The notes: generated by a model from the letters alone, not told the origin. A DNA stretch of 63,556 bases from Betaproteobacteria bacterium (GCA_025356085.1 JANXUV010000218.1:1-63556), one strand, 5' to 3'. Shown: positions 37,798 through 50,931, numbered from the stretch's first letter. Translations and numbers: made by a program.

Positions 37798-38983
37798 GGC
37801 AGGCAAAAAACTCGAAGTGCTAGTGCTGAACCCGATCGCGCAGGTCGGCTTGAATCGCCTGCCGGCGGAGCAGTACGACGTGGTGAAGGAATCGAAGACG
37901 CCCGACGTGATCCTGGTGCGTTCGGCGGACATGCACGCGATGAAGTTCGACGCCAGCCTGAAAGCGGTCGGGCGCGCGGGAGCCGGCGTGAACAATATTC
38001 CCGTGGCGGAACTGTCCAAGCTGGGCGTGCCGGTTTTCAATGCGCCGGGCGCGAACGCCAATGCGGTAAAGGAGCTGGTGGTCGCCGGCATGCTGATCGC
38101 GGCGAGGAATCTCGCGCCCGCATTGGGTTTTGTGCAGCGCCTGGATAAAAACGCCAAGGATCTGGAAAAACAGGTCGAAGGCGGCAAGAAAGCCTATGCG
38201 GGCGTCGAACTCCCCGGCCACACGCTGGGCGTGATCGGCCTGGGCAAGATCGGCAGCCTGGTGGCGGATGCGGCTATCCGCCTCGGCATGAACGTGCTCG
38301 GCTACGACCCGGACATTACCGTGGACGCCGCCTGGAGCCTGCCCGCGCAGGTGCGCAAGGCGAACTCGGTGGACGAGTTGCTGCGCGCGAGCGACTTCGT
38401 CACGCTGCACGTGCCGCTGGTGGACAAGACGCGCGGCCTGATCAACGCGAAGAACCTCAAGCTCATGAAGGCGGGCGCGGTGCTGCTGAACTTCTCCCGC
38501 GACGGCGTGGTCGAGGACGAGGCGGCGCTGCAGGCCCTTGTCTCCAAACAGTTGCGCTGCTACGTGACCGATTTTCCCTCGGCGGAGCTAATCGGCAAGC
38601 CCGGCGTGGTGGCGCTGCCGCACTTGGGCGCCTCCACCAGCGAGGCGGAAGACAATTGCGCGGTGATGGTGGCCGACCAGGTTCGCGAGTACATGGCGCA
38701 CGGGACGATGGAGAACGCGGTCAATTTCCCGAATGCGCAGATGCCGCGCGAATCGCCGTACCGCCTCGCCATCGCCAACGCCAACGTGCCGAACATGCTG
38801 GCGAACATTTCGCAGGCCATGGGCAGCCGCAAGATCAACATCCATAACATGCTGAACAAGTCCAAGAAGGACATGGCCTACACTCTGGTTGACGTCGACA
38901 GTCCGGTGCCGGATGACGCGATCAAGGAACTGTGCGCGATCCAGGGCGTGCTTTCGGTCCGTTACCTGCCCGTGGACGCATGA
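37790..38983 (+). CDS. serA: D-3-phosphoglycerate dehydrogenase (C-terminal ACT domain)
   Basis: [24 protein letters not shown]; follows serC. Confidence 0.9.
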   Translation: MAKAGKKLEVLVLNPIAQVGLNRLPAEQYDVVKESKTPDVILVRSADMHAMKFDASLKAVGRAGAGVNNIPVAELSKLGVPVFNAPGANANAVKELVVAGMLIAARNLAPALGFVQRLDKNAKDLEKQVEGGKKAYAGVELPGHTLGVIGLGKIGSLVADAAIRLGMNVLGYDPDITVDAAWSLPAQVRKANSVDELLRASDFVTLHVPLVDKTRGLINAKNLKLMKAGAVLLNFSRDGVVEDEAALQALVSKQLRCYVTDFPSAELIGKPGVVALPHLGASTSEAEDNCAVMVADQVREYMAHGTMENAVNFPNAQMPRESPYRLAIANANVPNMLANISQAMGSRKINIHNMLNKSKKDMAYTLVDVDSPVPDDAIKELCAIQGVLSVRYLPVDA

Positions 38984-40071
38984 GCGAACAGGACGTGAGC
39001 GAAAAGGACATTACGAAACTGCGCTCCGAGATCGACGCTCTCGATGCGGAATTGCTCGCGCTGCTGAACCGCCGCGCCGCGGTGGTGAAAAAGGTCGGCG
39101 GCCTGAAGGACGGCAAGCGCGTCTACCGTCCGGAGCGTGAAGCCGAAATCCTGCGCCGGGTTGCTGCGGCCAAGGGCGGGGTGCTGCCGGCGGGCGCTGC
39201 GACGGCGGTATTCCGCGAAATCATTTCCGCCTGCCGTGCGCTGGAGCAGGAAATCCGCGTCGCCTACCTCGGCCCGCAGGGAACCTTCAGCGAGCAGGCG
39301 GTGCGCCAGCACTTCGGGCATGCGGTTGCCGCCGAACCCGCTGCGACCATCGACGAGGCCTTCCGCAGCGCTGAATCGGGCGCGACACAGTTCGCGGTGG
39401 CGCCGGCGGAAAATTCGACCGACGGGGCGATCGGCCGCACGCTCGACCTGCTGCTTACCACGCCGCTGCGGATCTGCGGCGAGATTGATTTGAGGGTCAA
39501 GCAGAATCTGCTCTCCAACACCAAAGGCGTGAGGGAAATAAAAAAAATCTACTCCCATGCCCAGTCCCTGGCGCAATGCAACGGCTGGCTGGGACAGAAC
39601 CTGCCGAAGGCCGAGCGCATTCCGGTCGGTTCCAACGCCGAGGCCGCGCGCCGCGCCGCGAAGGAGAAGGGCGCCGCGGCGATCGCAGGCGAAGCCGCCG
39701 CTGTGCTCTACAAGCTGAATATCCTCGCCGCCGGCATCGAAGACGACCCGAACAACACCACGCGCTTTCTCGTGCTCGGCAACGTCGACGCTGGCCCCAC
39801 CGGCAAGGATCGCACTTCGCTGGCGATGTCGGCCGAGAACAAGCCCGGCTCGGTCCATGCGCTGCTGTCGCCGATCGCCGCCAACGGCGTCAGCATGTCG
39901 CGCATCGAGTCGCGGCCGGCGAAAGCGCGCTCGGCGCGCTGGGAGTACGTATTTTTCATCGACCTTGAAGGCCACCAGGCTGACGTCAGGGTCGCGGCCG
40001 CGATTGCGGAGCTGAAGCAGCGGGCGCCTTTCCTGAAGGTGCTGGGTTCCTACCCGGCGGCCGCTTCCTAG
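38980..40071 (+). CDS. pheA: Chorismate mutase/prephenate dehydratase
   Basis: LRSEIDALD..YRPERE, YLGPQGTFS, NTTRF, IESRP. Confidence 0.96.
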   Translation: MSEQDVSEKDITKLRSEIDALDAELLALLNRRAAVVKKVGGLKDGKRVYRPEREAEILRRVAAAKGGVLPAGAATAVFREIISACRALEQEIRVAYLGPQGTFSEQAVRQHFGHAVAAEPAATIDEAFRSAESGATQFAVAPAENSTDGAIGRTLDLLLTTPLRICGEIDLRVKQNLLSNTKGVREIKKIYSHAQSLAQCNGWLGQNLPKAERIPVGSNAEAARRAAKEKGAAAIAGEAAAVLYKLNILAAGIEDDPNNTTRFLVLGNVDAGPTGKDRTSLAMSAENKPGSVHALLSPIAANGVSMSRIESRPAKARSARWEYVFFIDLEGHQADVRVAAAIAELKQRAPFLKVLGSYPAAAS

Positions 40072-40085
40072 TAAGAGGAAATCCG

Positions 40086-41192
40086 ATGGTCATCGATCCC
40101 TGCGAACTGTCGCCATCCTACGTGCGCTCGATCGCGCCGTACCAGCCCGGCAAACCGATCTCGGAGCTCGCGCGCGAGCTCGGCCTGAAGGAGGAGAGCA
40201 TCATCAAGCTCGCCTCCAATGAGAATCCGCGCGGTTATGGCCCGCGGACGCGCGCCGCCCTTGAGGGCGCGCTCGGCGATATCGCGCGCTACCCTGACGG
40301 CAACGGCCACGACCTGAAAGTTGCCCTGGCGCGCCGCTATGGTGTGGATGCGGCTTCGATCGTGCTCGGCAACGGCTCCAACGACGTGCTCGAACTGGTG
40401 GCGCTCGCCTTTCTCGGGCCGGGGCGCGCGGCGGTCTACGCGCAGCACAGCTTCGCGGTCTATGCGCTCGCCACCCAGGCGCGCGGCGCGCGCAGCATCG
40501 CGGTGCCGGCGAAGGAATACGGCCACGACCTGGGCGCGATGGCGGCGGCGATCGACGACGAGACCTACGTGGTGTGGATCGCCAATCCGAACAACCCGAC
40601 CGGCACCATGCTGGGCTCGAACGCGCTGGAGGCTTTCGTCAAGCGCGTGCCCGAGCGCGTGCTGGTGGTGATCGACGAGGCCTACAACGAATACCTGGCT
40701 CCGGAGCTGAAGGCGGAGACGGTCAAATGGCTCAGGCGCCATCCGAACCTGATCGTGTCGCGCACCTTCTCGAAGGCCTATGGCCTGGCGGGCCTGCGTG
40801 TCGGCTACGCATTCGCTCACCCGTCGGTGGCGGACATCATGAACCGCGTGCGGCAGCCGTTCAACGTCAACAGCCTCGCGCTAGTGGCGGCGACCGCGGC
40901 GCTGGACGACATGGAATTCGTCGCGCGCAGCTACGCCGAGAACCTGCAGGGCATGCGCCAGATCGAGGAGGGCGCGAAGAAGCTCGGGCTCAATTGGATT
41001 CCGTCCCACGGCAACTTCATCACGCTGCGCGTCGGCAAGGCGAACGAAGTCTTCCGCCGGCTGCTGAAGCGCGGCGTCATCGTCCGCCCGGTCGGCAATT
41101 ACCAGCTGCCCGAGCACCTGCGCGTCACTATCGGCACCGCCCAGGAGAACGAACGGTTCCTGTCCGCGCTCGCGGCCAGCCTGAAGGACTGA
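40086..41192 (+). CDS. hisC: Histidinol-phosphate aminotransferase
   Basis: YQPGKP, KLASNENP, NPNNPTG, RTFSKAYGLAGLRVGY. Confidence 0.95.
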   Translation: MVIDPCELSPSYVRSIAPYQPGKPISELARELGLKEESIIKLASNENPRGYGPRTRAALEGALGDIARYPDGNGHDLKVALARRYGVDAASIVLGNGSNDVLELVALAFLGPGRAAVYAQHSFAVYALATQARGARSIAVPAKEYGHDLGAMAAAIDDETYVVWIANPNNPTGTMLGSNALEAFVKRVPERVLVVIDEAYNEYLAPELKAETVKWLRRHPNLIVSRTFSKAYGLAGLRVGYAFAHPSVADIMNRVRQPFNVNSLALVAATAALDDMEFVARSYAENLQGMRQIEEGAKKLGLNWIPSHGNFITLRVGKANEVFRRLLKRGVIVRPVGNYQLPEHLRVTIGTAQENERFLSALAASLKD

Positions 41193-42064
41193 TGCATTTC
41201 GAGAAAGTCGCGATTGTCGGCGTCGGCCTGATCGGGGGTTCTTTTTCTCTGGCATTGAAAGAGAAAAAACTGTGCGGGCGGGTCGTGGGAACCGGGCGCA
41301 GCGCGGCCAACATGAAAGCGGCGCTGGCGCGCGGCGCTATCGATGCGATCGAGGCGGACGCGGTGGCGGCCGTGCGGGATGCGGATCTGGTGCTGATTGC
41401 GGCTCCCGTCGCCCAATTCGAGAAAATCTTCCTCGCCATCGGCCCGCATCTCGGGACAGAGTGCCTGGTCATGGACGCAGGCAGCACCAAGCGCGACGTG
41501 GTCTCGGCGGCGAAGAAAGGCCTGGGCGGAAAGATTTCACAGTTCGTGCCGGCGCATCCGATCGCCGGCGCCGAGAAAAGCGGTGCCGCCGCAGCCAGCG
41601 CGGACCTGTTTCGAGGCCGCCGCCTGGTTCTTACTCCCTTGAAGGAAAACAGGGAAAAGGATGTCAAAACCATCGCGGATCTCTGGACCGCCATCGGCGC
41701 ACGCGTCTCTCGCATGACGCCGGAGGAGCACGACGGGGTGTTCGCCGCGGTCAGCCACCTGCCGCACCTGCTCGCGTACGCGCTGGTGGACGACATCAGC
41801 GCGCGCCCGGACGCGCCCCGGCTGTTCTGCTATGCGGCGGGGGGCTTTCGTGACTTCACTCGCATCGCCTCAAGCCATCCTGAAATGTGGCGGGACATCT
41901 GCATGGCGAACAGCGACCGGCTATTGGCAGAATTGCGTTTGTTTGAAAAAAAATTGAAAACGATAGGCGCAATGCTCGAAAAAGGCGATGCCGCGGCACT
42001 CGAAAAGCTGTTCGGCGATGCGCGCCTCGCGCGGGAGCGCTGGCTGAAGGGCGAATATGAGTGA
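41192..42064 (+). CDS. tyrA: Prephenate/arogenate dehydrogenase
   Basis: [37 protein letters not shown]. Confidence 0.93.
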   Translation: MHFEKVAIVGVGLIGGSFSLALKEKKLCGRVVGTGRSAANMKAALARGAIDAIEADAVAAVRDADLVLIAAPVAQFEKIFLAIGPHLGTECLVMDAGSTKRDVVSAAKKGLGGKISQFVPAHPIAGAEKSGAAAASADLFRGRRLVLTPLKENREKDVKTIADLWTAIGARVSRMTPEEHDGVFAAVSHLPHLLAYALVDDISARPDAPRLFCYAAGGFRDFTRIASSHPEMWRDICMANSDRLLAELRLFEKKLKTIGAMLEKGDAAALEKLFGDARLARERWLKGEYE

Positions 42065-43355
42065 AGTTCAAGCCGTGAAAACGCTGCAGCTCGCGCCGAT
42101 CGGCCGCGTCGCGGGCACGGTGAGGCTGCCGGGGTCCAAGAGCATCTCCAACCGCGTGCTGCTGCTGGCCGCGCTCTCCAAGGGCAAGACGCAGGTGCGC
42201 GGCCTGCTGGACGCCGAGGACACGCGCGTGATGCTGGACGCGCTGCAGAAGCTCGACGTGCGCATCGATACCCGGGACTTCGACAGCCTGGTGGTGGCCG
42301 GCGAGGGCCGCTTAGCGCCGATGAAGCGCGACCTTTTTCTGGGCAACGCGGGTACCGCGTTTCGCCCGCTCACCGCCGCGCTCGCGGTCTGCGGCGGCGA
42401 ATACCGGCTGATGGGCAAGCCGCGCATGCACGAACGCCCGATCCGCGACCTGGTCGAGCCTTTGCGCAGGATCGGCGCCAGCATCGACTACACCGGCAAC
42501 GAGGGTTATCCGCCGCTCGCGATCCGCACCGGCAATATCAAGGTCGAGGGGCCGATCACGATGCGCGGCAACGTCTCCTCGCAGTACCTGAGCGCGCTGC
42601 TGATGGCGCTGCCGCTTGCGGGCGGCGGCACGGTGGTCATCGAGGGCGAGCTGATTTCCAAGCCCTACGTGACGATCACGCTCAACATGATGCGCAAGTT
42701 CGGCAACGAAGTGACCGTCAACGGCTGGCGCTCCTTCGACGTGCGGGGCTACGACTACGTCGCGCCCGCGGAGATCTACGTCGAGGGCGACGCCTCCTCG
42801 GCCTCGTATTTCCTCGCCGCAGGTGCGATCGCCGGCGGGCCGGTGCGCGTGACCGGCGTCGGGCGCGACAGCATTCAGGGCGATATCCGCTTCACTGAAG
42901 TGCTGGCCGCCATGGGGGCCAGCGTCGACATCGGACCCGACTGGATCGAAGTCTCCTCGGCGGGCAGGCTCAAGCCGATCGACATGGACCTGAACCACAT
43001 TCCAGATGCGGCGATGACCGCCGCGGTGACCGCGCTGTTCGCCACCGGGCCGAGCACCATCCGCAACATCGGCAGTTGGCAGGTGAAGGAGACCGACCGC
43101 ATCACCGCCATGGCGCGGGAACTGAGAAAGCTCGGCGCTGCTGTCGTCGAGGGGCCGGACTTCCTCAAGATCACGCCGCCCGCGAAGCTCAACGCCGGTG
43201 TTGCCATCGATACCTATGACGATCACCGCATGGCGATGTGTTTCGCGCTCGCCGCGCTGGGCGGCGTGCCGGTGCGCATCAACGACCCGGAGTGCGTCGC
43301 CAAGACCTTCCCGGCCTACTTCGTCGAATTCGACCGCCTGACGAGGTCCGGCTAA
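42057..43355 (+). CDS. aroA: 3-phosphoshikimate 1-carboxyvinyltransferase
   Basis: [38 protein letters not shown]. Confidence 0.97.
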   Translation: MSEVQAVKTLQLAPIGRVAGTVRLPGSKSISNRVLLLAALSKGKTQVRGLLDAEDTRVMLDALQKLDVRIDTRDFDSLVVAGEGRLAPMKRDLFLGNAGTAFRPLTAALAVCGGEYRLMGKPRMHERPIRDLVEPLRRIGASIDYTGNEGYPPLAIRTGNIKVEGPITMRGNVSSQYLSALLMALPLAGGGTVVIEGELISKPYVTITLNMMRKFGNEVTVNGWRSFDVRGYDYVAPAEIYVEGDASSASYFLAAGAIAGGPVRVTGVGRDSIQGDIRFTEVLAAMGASVDIGPDWIEVSSAGRLKPIDMDLNHIPDAAMTAAVTALFATGPSTIRNIGSWQVKETDRITAMARELRKLGAAVVEGPDFLKITPPAKLNAGVAIDTYDDHRMAMCFALAALGGVPVRINDPECVAKTFPAYFVEFDRLTRSG

Positions 43356-43360
43356 GCCGG

Positions 43361-43993
43361 ATGAAATCCGCTCCCGTCATCGCCATCGACGGCCCCTCGG
43401 CTTCCGGCAAGGGCACCGTGGCGAGCAGGGTCGCAGCGCGACTCGGGTTCCATTACCTGGAAAGCGGGGCGCTCTACCGCCTGGTGGCGCTGGCAGGTGG
43501 GGATCGGCCTGAGCAGACAGCTGCCGGGTTGGACGTTGAATTCAGAGATCAAAAAGTATTTCTTAATAAACAAGATGTTACGGATTCCCTGCGCAGCGAA
43601 GCCATCGGCGTCCGGGCCTCGGAAATCGCCGGGCTGGCGGCCGTAAGGGCGGCGCTTCTGGGGCGCCAGCGCGCCTTCCGCCAGCGACCGGGCCTGGTGG
43701 CCGACGGCCGCGACATGGGTACCGTGGTGTTCCCCGACGCGGCCCTGAAAGTGTTCCTGACGGCGAGCGCCGCCGCCCGCGCCCAGCGCAGGTATAAGCA
43801 GTTGATAGACAAGGGAAACCATGCTAATCTCGCGGCCCTTTCCCGTGATCTAGAGGAGCGGGACCAGCGAGACGCCGCCCGAGAGGTGGCGCCGCTCAAG
43901 CCGGCAGCTGACGCGGCGTCCGTGGACTCCTCTGATCTGACGGTCGATGAAGTGGTCGACCGGGTGTTGAAGATGTACCGGGAAAGGATGTAA
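43361..43993 (+). CDS. cmk: Cytidylate kinase
   Basis: [25 protein letters not shown]. Confidence 0.95.
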   Translation: MKSAPVIAIDGPSASGKGTVASRVAARLGFHYLESGALYRLVALAGGDRPEQTAAGLDVEFRDQKVFLNKQDVTDSLRSEAIGVRASEIAGLAAVRAALLGRQRAFRQRPGLVADGRDMGTVVFPDAALKVFLTASAAARAQRRYKQLIDKGNHANLAALSRDLEERDQRDAAREVAPLKPAADAASVDSSDLTVDEVVDRVLKMYRERM

Positions 43994-44008
43994 TCGGATA
44001 GACCAAGC

Positions 44009-44036
44009 GGGAAGCTTCAGGAAGGCTTCCCTTTTT
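44009..44036 (+). terminator. Terminator-like hairpin between cmk and rpsA
   Basis: GGGAAGC...GCTTCCC followed by TTTTT. Confidence 0.5.
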
Positions 44037-44098
44037 GCAACCTAACCCGCGGCGCCGATCGCAGGCTCGCGGCAAAGAAGGTATTTCAAACTTACTCC

Positions 44099-45847
44099 AT
44101 GGCCAGCGTTTCACCCGCCGTTTCCAAAGCCGTTTCGAAGTCCGCCCCCGCTCCCGAGTCGTTCGAAGCCCTGTTCGAAGAAAGCCTGACGCGCAAGGAA
44201 ATGCGCATCGGCGAGGTCATCACCGCAGAAGTCGTGCGCATGGACCAGAACTTCGTGGTGGTGAACGCAGGCCTGAAATCCGAAAGCTTCATCGCGCTGG
44301 AAGAATTCCGCGACGACGGCGGCGCGCTCACCGTCAAGGCTGGCGACTTCGTCAGCGTGTCGATCGAGGCGCTGGAAAACGGCTACGGCGAGACGATGCT
44401 TTCGCGCGAGAAGGCCAAGCGCATGGCGGCGTGGCTCGATCTCGAGAAAGCGCTCGAGACGGGCGAGAAAATCGAGGGCGTCATCACCGGCAAGGTGAAA
44501 GGCGGCCTCACAGTGATGGCGAAGAGCATCCGCGCCTTCCTGCCCGGTTCGCTGGTCGACCTGCGCCCTGTCAAGGACACCACGCCCTTCGAGGGCAAGA
44601 CCATGCTGTTCAAGGTCATCAAACTCGACCGCAAGCGCAACAACGTGGTCGTGTCCCGCCGCGCGGTGCTCGAGGAGACCGCCGGCGCCGAGCGCGAGCA
44701 GCTGCTGTCGACGCTGTCCGAGGGCGCGGTGGTCAAGGGCATCGTCAAGAACATCACCGACTACGGCGCGTTCGTGGACCTGGGCGGCATCGACGGCCTG
44801 CTGCACATCACCGACCTGGCCTGGCGCCGCGTCAAGCATCCGACCGAAGTCGTCAATGTCGGCGACGAAGTCGTCGCGAAAGTCCTGAAATTCGACGCCG
44901 AGAAGAACCGCGTTTCGCTCGGCCTGAAGCAGCTGGGCGAGGATCCCTGGGTCGGCATTTCGCGCCGCTACCCGCAGGGTACGCGCCTGTTCGGCAAAGT
45001 CACCAACCTCACCGACTACGGCGCCTTCGTCGAAGTCGAGGCGGGCATCGAGGGCCTGGTGCACGTGTCCGAGATGGACTGGACCAACAAGAACGTGCAT
45101 CCCTCCAAGGTGGTGCAGGTGGGCGACGAGGTCGAGGTGATGATCCTCGAGATCGACGAAGAGCGCCGCCGCATCTCGCTCGGCATGAAGCAGTGCCTGC
45201 CGAACCCCTGGGAAGATTTCGCGCGCGAGTTCAAGAAGGGCGACCGCGTCAAGGGCCAGATCAAGTCGATCACCGATTTCGGCGTGTTCGTCGGCCTGGC
45301 CGGCGGCATCGACGGGCTGGTGCACCTGTCGGACCTTTCCTGGAGCGCGACCGGCGAAGAAGCCGTCAAGAACTTCAAGAAGGGCGACGACGTCGAGACC
45401 ACGGTGCTGGCAATCGACGTCGAGCGCGAGCGAATCTCGCTCGGCATCAAGCAGCTGGAGGGCGATCCGTTCACCAATTTCATCGCCGGCCACGAGAAAA
45501 ACACCGTGATTACCGGGATCGTGAAATCGGTGGATGCCAAGGGCGCGGTGATCAGCATCACGCCGGAGACCGAGGGCTACCTGCGCGCGTCGGAATTCTC
45601 GCGCGACCGCATCGAAGACCTGAGCAAGGTGCTCAATGAAGGTGACTCCGTGACAGCGATGATCATCAATGTCGACCGCAAGAACCGCTCGATCAACCTT
45701 TCCGTGAAGGCCAAGGACATGGTCGAGGAAACCGACGCGATGAAGCAGATGCGCAGCGAGAACGCGGCCAGCGCCGCGGGCAGCACCAACCTGGGGGCAT
45801 TGCTCCGGGCCAAGCTCGATAAGAGCAATTCCAATCCGCAGCAGTAA
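44099..45847 (+). CDS. rpsA: 30S ribosomal protein S1
   Basis: Repeated S1 domains ([30 protein letters not shown]). Confidence 0.97.
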   Translation: MASVSPAVSKAVSKSAPAPESFEALFEESLTRKEMRIGEVITAEVVRMDQNFVVVNAGLKSESFIALEEFRDDGGALTVKAGDFVSVSIEALENGYGETMLSREKAKRMAAWLDLEKALETGEKIEGVITGKVKGGLTVMAKSIRAFLPGSLVDLRPVKDTTPFEGKTMLFKVIKLDRKRNNVVVSRRAVLEETAGAEREQLLSTLSEGAVVKGIVKNITDYGAFVDLGGIDGLLHITDLAWRRVKHPTEVVNVGDEVVAKVLKFDAEKNRVSLGLKQLGEDPWVGISRRYPQGTRLFGKVTNLTDYGAFVEVEAGIEGLVHVSEMDWTNKNVHPSKVVQVGDEVEVMILEIDEERRRISLGMKQCLPNPWEDFAREFKKGDRVKGQIKSITDFGVFVGLAGGIDGLVHLSDLSWSATGEEAVKNFKKGDDVETTVLAIDVERERISLGIKQLEGDPFTNFIAGHEKNTVITGIVKSVDAKGAVISITPETEGYLRASEFSRDRIEDLSKVLNEGDSVTAMIINVDRKNRSINLSVKAKDMVEETDAMKQMRSENAASAAGSTNLGALLRAKLDKSNSNPQQ

Positions 45848-45882
45848 CCGGACAGTCCTGACGAGACGTGGGAGGGGGCGCC

Positions 45883-46210
<328 letters not shown>

Positions 46211-46212
<2 letters not shown>

Positions 46213-46237
46213 ACCGCGCCTAGGCGCGGTTTTTTTT
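46211..46237 (+). terminator. Intrinsic terminator after ihfB
   Basis: Perfect palindrome AAACCGCGCCTAGGCGCGGTTT plus T run. Confidence 0.8.
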
Positions 46238-46238
46238 C

Positions 46239-46529
46239 ATGCGCATCATTACCTGGGCGATCCGCGTCGCCCTGTTCATCCTGCTGCTAGCGTTCGCTGC
46301 GAAAAACACCGATCCGGTCACGCTGCGCTTCTACTTCGGCCTCGCCTGGCAGGCGCCGCTGGTGGCGCTGCTGCTCGCGTTCTTCTCCGCCGGCGTGGCG
46401 CTCGGCCTGATGGCGATGCTGGGAACCTATTTTTCGCAGAGAAGGGAAGTCGCCCGGCTGGAGAAGAAGGTCTTGATACAGGAAACAAGACCGCAATTCA
46501 CCAGCCAGCCTCCGGCGGCGGAAGGCTGA
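46239..46529 (+). CDS. lapA: LPS assembly protein A
   Basis: Two TM segments, FAAKN..PVTL, WQAPL; position between ihfB and lapB. Confidence 0.85.
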   Translation: MRIITWAIRVALFILLLAFAAKNTDPVTLRFYFGLAWQAPLVALLLAFFSAGVALGLMAMLGTYFSQRREVARLEKKVLIQETRPQFTSQPPAAEG

Positions 46530-47707
46530 TGGAATTCGAATACTGGTGGCTTCTCGGCTTCCCGATTTTCTTCGGGCTGGGCTGGCTTGCCGCGCGCGTG
46601 GACATCAAGCACCTGGTGAAGGATTCGCGCTCGCTGCCGAGCTCCTACTTCAAGGGCTTGAATTTCCTGCTCAACGAGCAGCCCGACAAGGCGATCGAGG
46701 CCTTCATCGAGGTGGTCAAGGTCGATCCGGAGACCGTCGAGCTGCACTTCGCGCTGGGCAGCCTGTTCCGCCGTCGCGGCGAGTACGACCGGGCGATCCG
46801 CATGCACCAGCATTTGCTGGAACGTGCCGACCTCGGCGCTGAACAGCGCGCCGCCGCCCTGTTCGAACTCGGCCACGACTACCTGAAGGCGGGCATCCTC
46901 GATCGCGCCGAGGAAGTGTTCCAGCGCCTGGGCGATGGCCGAAACGCGGGCGAGGCGAACGGCTTTCTGCTGGAGATCTACCAGCAGGAAAAGGACTGGG
47001 ACAAAGCCGCGGCGATGGCCCAAAAACTTGAAGCGGAATCCGGCGAGTCGCGAGCGAAGGAGATGTCGCATTTCCTCTGCGAGCAGGCGGCCGGCGAGGC
47101 GACGCACTCGCGGCCCGATACCGCGCGCCGCCTGCTGGAAGCGGCGCTGAACACCAACCGCAAGAGCGTGCGCGCGAGCCTGCAGCTGGGAGACCTGGAA
47201 CGCGCCTACGGCAGCCTGGACCGCGCGATCGAGCAATGGAAGCGCATCGAGTCGCAGAATCCTGCCTTCCTGGCGCTGGTGGCGCAGCGCCTGCTGGATG
47301 CATACCGGGAAGCCGGGCGCTTCGAGGAAGGCCTGACGCTGCTGACCGGCTACCTCGAGCGCTATCCTTCGCTCGACCTGCTGGACGCGGTATTCCAGTC
47401 CACGCTCGAATCGAAGGGCGCCGAGGCCGCATACAAGCTGGTGCGCGACGAACTGCGGCGCAATCCGACGCTGCTCGGCCTGGACCGGCTCCTTGAGGCG
47501 CAGATCGTCGGCACCGACAGCCCGGACAAGCGACGGGATCTCGAACTTGTAAGGAATCTGGTGCACAGCCACACGCGACGGCTAGCGCGCTACCGCTGCG
47601 AGACCTGCGGCTTCAAAGCGCGCCAGTTCCACTGGCTGTGCCCCGGCTGCGGCGGCTGGGAGACTTATCCGCCGCGGCGCTCCGAGGAGTTTGATCTCAC
47701 GCCATGA
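46529..47707 (+). CDS. lapB: LPS assembly protein B (TPR plus rubredoxin-like)
   Basis: [17 protein letters not shown] repeats, YRCETCGF...CPGCGGW. Confidence 0.95.
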   Translation: MEFEYWWLLGFPIFFGLGWLAARVDIKHLVKDSRSLPSSYFKGLNFLLNEQPDKAIEAFIEVVKVDPETVELHFALGSLFRRRGEYDRAIRMHQHLLERADLGAEQRAAALFELGHDYLKAGILDRAEEVFQRLGDGRNAGEANGFLLEIYQQEKDWDKAAAMAQKLEAESGESRAKEMSHFLCEQAAGEATHSRPDTARRLLEAALNTNRKSVRASLQLGDLERAYGSLDRAIEQWKRIESQNPAFLALVAQRLLDAYREAGRFEEGLTLLTGYLERYPSLDLLDAVFQSTLESKGAEAAYKLVRDELRRNPTLLGLDRLLEAQIVGTDSPDKRRDLELVRNLVHSHTRRLARYRCETCGFKARQFHWLCPGCGGWETYPPRRSEEFDLTP

Positions 47708-49008
47708 AACTCACCATTGTCGGCACCGGCTACGTCGGCCTGGTTACGGGGGCCTGCCTCGCGGACATGGGCAACCAGGTCCTGTGCGTCGATGTGGACG
47801 CGGCAAAGGTGCAGGCGCTCAACGCCGGCAAGATCCCGATCTACGAACCCGGGCTGGAAGCGGTCGTGAAGCGCAACCGCGCGGGCGGCAGGCTGGCATT
47901 TTCCACCGATATCGCCGCCGGCGTGGCGCACGGCGTGTTGCAGCTGATCGCGGTCGGCACGCCGCCGGGCGAGGATGGTTCGGCCGACATGCAATACGTG
48001 CTGGAGGCGGCGCGTTCGATCGGCCGCCACATGGACCAGTACCGGGTGGTGGTGAACAAGTCGACGGTGCCGGTGGGGACCGCGGACAAGGTTTCCGAAG
48101 CCATTGCGAAAGTGTTGAATGAAAGAAATAAGAAAATTCCATTCAGCGTGGTTTCCAATCCTGAATTCCTGAAGGAAGGCGCGGCAGTGGAAGACTTCAT
48201 GCGCCCGGACCGCATCATCGTCGGCTCGGATGACGAGCGCGCCACCGCGCTGCTGCGCGAGCTGTATGCGCCGTTCCAGCGCAACCACGAGCGCCTGATG
48301 CTGATGGGCGTGCGTTCTGCCGAACTCGCCAAATACGCCGCCAACGCGATGCTGGCGACGCGCATCTCCTTCATGAATGAGCTGGCAAATCTCGCCGAGG
48401 CGCTGGGCGCCGACATCGAGGAGGTGCGCAAGGGCATCGGCGCCGATCCGCGCATCGGCACCCACTTCCTCTATCCCGGTGCCGGCTTCGGCGGCTCCTG
48501 CTTTCCGAAGGACGTGAAAGCGCTGCAACACATCGCCGGCGAGGCCGGGCGGCCCCTGCGCGTGGTTGCCGCGGTGGAGCAGGCGAACGAAGCGCAGAAG
48601 CACCTGCTCGGCGACAAGATCAAGGCACGCTTCGGCAAGGATTTGAAGGGTAAGCGCTTTGCGATCTGGGGTCTCGCCTTCAAGCCCAACACCGACGACA
48701 TGCGCGAGGCGCCGAGCCTGACCCTGATCGCGGATCTGGTCGCGGCAGGCGCGCAGGTGCGTGCCTATGACCCTGTCGCAAAGCCGGACCTTGCCGGCGT
48801 GTCCATTGCGGATTCGGCCGCCGATGCGCTGCAAGGATGCGATGCGCTCGCCATCGTCACCGAATGGGCCGAATTCAGGGCGCCGGATTTCGCGGCGCTG
48901 AAAAAAGCCCTCAAGACGCCGGCGATATTCGACGGCCGGAACCTGTACGATCCGGCCATGATCCGGTCGCTCGGCTTCGAATATTTCTCGGTGGGAAGGA
49001 AGACGTGA
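47704..49008 (+). CDS. ugd: UDP-glucose 6-dehydrogenase
   Basis: [33 protein letters not shown]. Confidence 0.93.
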   Translation: MKLTIVGTGYVGLVTGACLADMGNQVLCVDVDAAKVQALNAGKIPIYEPGLEAVVKRNRAGGRLAFSTDIAAGVAHGVLQLIAVGTPPGEDGSADMQYVLEAARSIGRHMDQYRVVVNKSTVPVGTADKVSEAIAKVLNERNKKIPFSVVSNPEFLKEGAAVEDFMRPDRIIVGSDDERATALLRELYAPFQRNHERLMLMGVRSAELAKYAANAMLATRISFMNELANLAEALGADIEEVRKGIGADPRIGTHFLYPGAGFGGSCFPKDVKALQHIAGEAGRPLRVVAAVEQANEAQKHLLGDKIKARFGKDLKGKRFAIWGLAFKPNTDDMREAPSLTLIADLVAAGAQVRAYDPVAKPDLAGVSIADSAADALQGCDALAIVTEWAEFRAPDFAALKKALKTPAIFDGRNLYDPAMIRSLGFEYFSVGRKT

Positions 49009-49925
49009 AGGCTCCCACCACCAAGAATGCTCGAGTGCTGGTGGTCGGCGACGTGATGCTGGACCGCTACTGGTTCGGCGATGTGTCGCGCATCTCGCCT
49101 GAGGCGCCGGTGCCGGTGGTGCGCTTCCGCAAGCAAGAGGAGCGCCTGGGCGGCGCCGCCAACGTCGCCAACAACTGCGCCGCGCTCGGCGCGCGCACGC
49201 GGCTGCTGTCGGTGATCGGCGCCGACGAGGCGGGCGACCAGCTGGCGCGGCTGGTGGAAGAGGCCGGCATCAAGGCGAGCCTGCACCGCGACGCGCGCAT
49301 CCCGACGACCGTGAAACTCAGGGTGCTGTCCAAGCAGCAGCTGCTGCGTATCGATTTCGAGACCGCGCCCTCCGGCGAGGCGCTCGCCTCCAAGCTGGCC
49401 GATTTCAAGGCGGCGCTGCCGACCTGCGACGTGGTGATCCTCTCGGACTACGGCAAGGGCGGCCTGGCCCACATCGCGAAAATGATCGGCCTGGCGCGCG
49501 CGGCGGGAAAACGCGTGCTGGTGGATCCGAAGGGCGACGACTGGTCGCGTTACAAGGGGGCGCACCTGGTGACGCCGAATCGCACGGAACTCGCCGACGT
49601 CGTCGGCAACTGGAAGTCGGAGGGCGACCTGGAGCGGCGCGTACGCGGCTTGCGCGCCCGGCTCGGCCTGGATGCGCTGCTGCTCACGCGCGGCCACGAG
49701 GGCATGACCCTGTACTCAAAGAACAGGCCGGTGCACGTCAAGGCGGAGGCGCGCGAAGTGTTCGACGTGAGCGGCGCGGGCGATACCGTGATCGCAACGC
49801 TCGCCACCATGCTCGCCTCCGGCGTGCGGCTGGAGCAGGCGATGCGCATCGCCAACCGCGCGGGCGGCATCAAGGTCGCCAAGCTGGGAACCGCTGTCGT
49901 CACCCGCAAAGAACTGTTCGGATAA
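49005..49925 (+). CDS. rfaE1: D-glycero-beta-D-manno-heptose-7-phosphate kinase
   Basis: [33 protein letters not shown]. Confidence 0.94.
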   Translation: MKAPTTKNARVLVVGDVMLDRYWFGDVSRISPEAPVPVVRFRKQEERLGGAANVANNCAALGARTRLLSVIGADEAGDQLARLVEEAGIKASLHRDARIPTTVKLRVLSKQQLLRIDFETAPSGEALASKLADFKAALPTCDVVILSDYGKGGLAHIAKMIGLARAAGKRVLVDPKGDDWSRYKGAHLVTPNRTELADVVGNWKSEGDLERRVRGLRARLGLDALLLTRGHEGMTLYSKNRPVHVKAEAREVFDVSGAGDTVIATLATMLASGVRLEQAMRIANRAGGIKVAKLGTAVVTRKELFG

Positions 49926-49928
49926 TCC

Positions 49929-50927
49929 ATGCTGCACGTCGTCACCGGCGCCGCCGGGTTCATCGGATCGCGGCTTATCGCTGCACTCAACCATGCCGGG
50001 ATCACCGAGATCCTGGCCGTGGACGACTTGCAGGACGGCGCCAAGGTAAAGAACCTGGCTGTTGCCGACATCGCGGACTACCTCGACCGGCGCGAATTCC
50101 TTTCCCAGCTCGAGACCGGCCGGCTGGACGGCGGCATCGAGGCGATCCTGCACCAGGGCGCGTGCTCCGACACCATGGAAAACGACGGCCGTTACGTGAT
50201 GGAGACCAACTACGCCTATTCCAAGGCGCTGTTCGACTGGTGCCAGGACGAGGAGGTGCCGCTCATCTATGCCTCGTCGGCGGCGGTCTACGGCACCGGC
50301 AAGGAATTCGGCGAGACGCGCGAGAACGAGGAACCGCTCAATGTCTACGCGTACTCGAAGTATCTTTTCGATCAGTACGTGCGCAAGAGATCGCAGGAGG
50401 GAGGCTCGCAGGCAGCCGCGCAGGTTGCCGGCTTGCGCTATTTCAACGTCTATGGGCCGAACGAAGCGCACAAGGGGCGCATGGCCTCGGTAGCCTTCCA
50501 CGCCTTCAACCAGTTCCGCGCCGAAGGGCGGGTCAAGCTGTTCGTCGGCTCGGACGGTTACGAGGACGGCGGGCAGCAGCGCGATTTCGTGCACGTGGAC
50601 GACGTGGTCAGCGTGAACCTGTGGCTGCTGGAGCACCGTGAAGTGTCCGGTATCTTCAACGCCGGTACCGGGCGCGCGCAGACCTTCAACGACGTTGCCG
50701 CCGCGGTCGTCAATACGATCGAGGGTTTTGACTTATCCATTGAAGAATTGATAGAGAAGAATTTCATCGAGTACATTCCGTTCCCGCCCCAGCTGGTCGG
50801 CAAGTACCAGAGCTATACGCAGGCGGACTTGAGCCGGCTGCGTGAAGCGGGCTATGAAGGATCGTTCCGGTCCGTGGAAGAAGGCGTCGCCGGCTACGTG
50901 CGCGAACTCATGAAGATGAAATCCTGA
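49929..50927 (+). CDS. rfaD: ADP-L-glycero-D-manno-heptose 6-epimerase
   Basis: TGAAGFIGS, HQGACSDT, YASSAAVYG, YAYSK, KYQSYTQAD. Confidence 0.96.
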   Translation: MLHVVTGAAGFIGSRLIAALNHAGITEILAVDDLQDGAKVKNLAVADIADYLDRREFLSQLETGRLDGGIEAILHQGACSDTMENDGRYVMETNYAYSKALFDWCQDEEVPLIYASSAAVYGTGKEFGETRENEEPLNVYAYSKYLFDQYVRKRSQEGGSQAAAQVAGLRYFNVYGPNEAHKGRMASVAFHAFNQFRAEGRVKLFVGSDGYEDGGQQRDFVHVDDVVSVNLWLLEHREVSGIFNAGTGRAQTFNDVAAAVVNTIEGFDLSIEELIEKNFIEYIPFPPQLVGKYQSYTQADLSRLREAGYEGSFRSVEEGVAGYVRELMKMKS

Positions 50928-50931
50928 CGTC

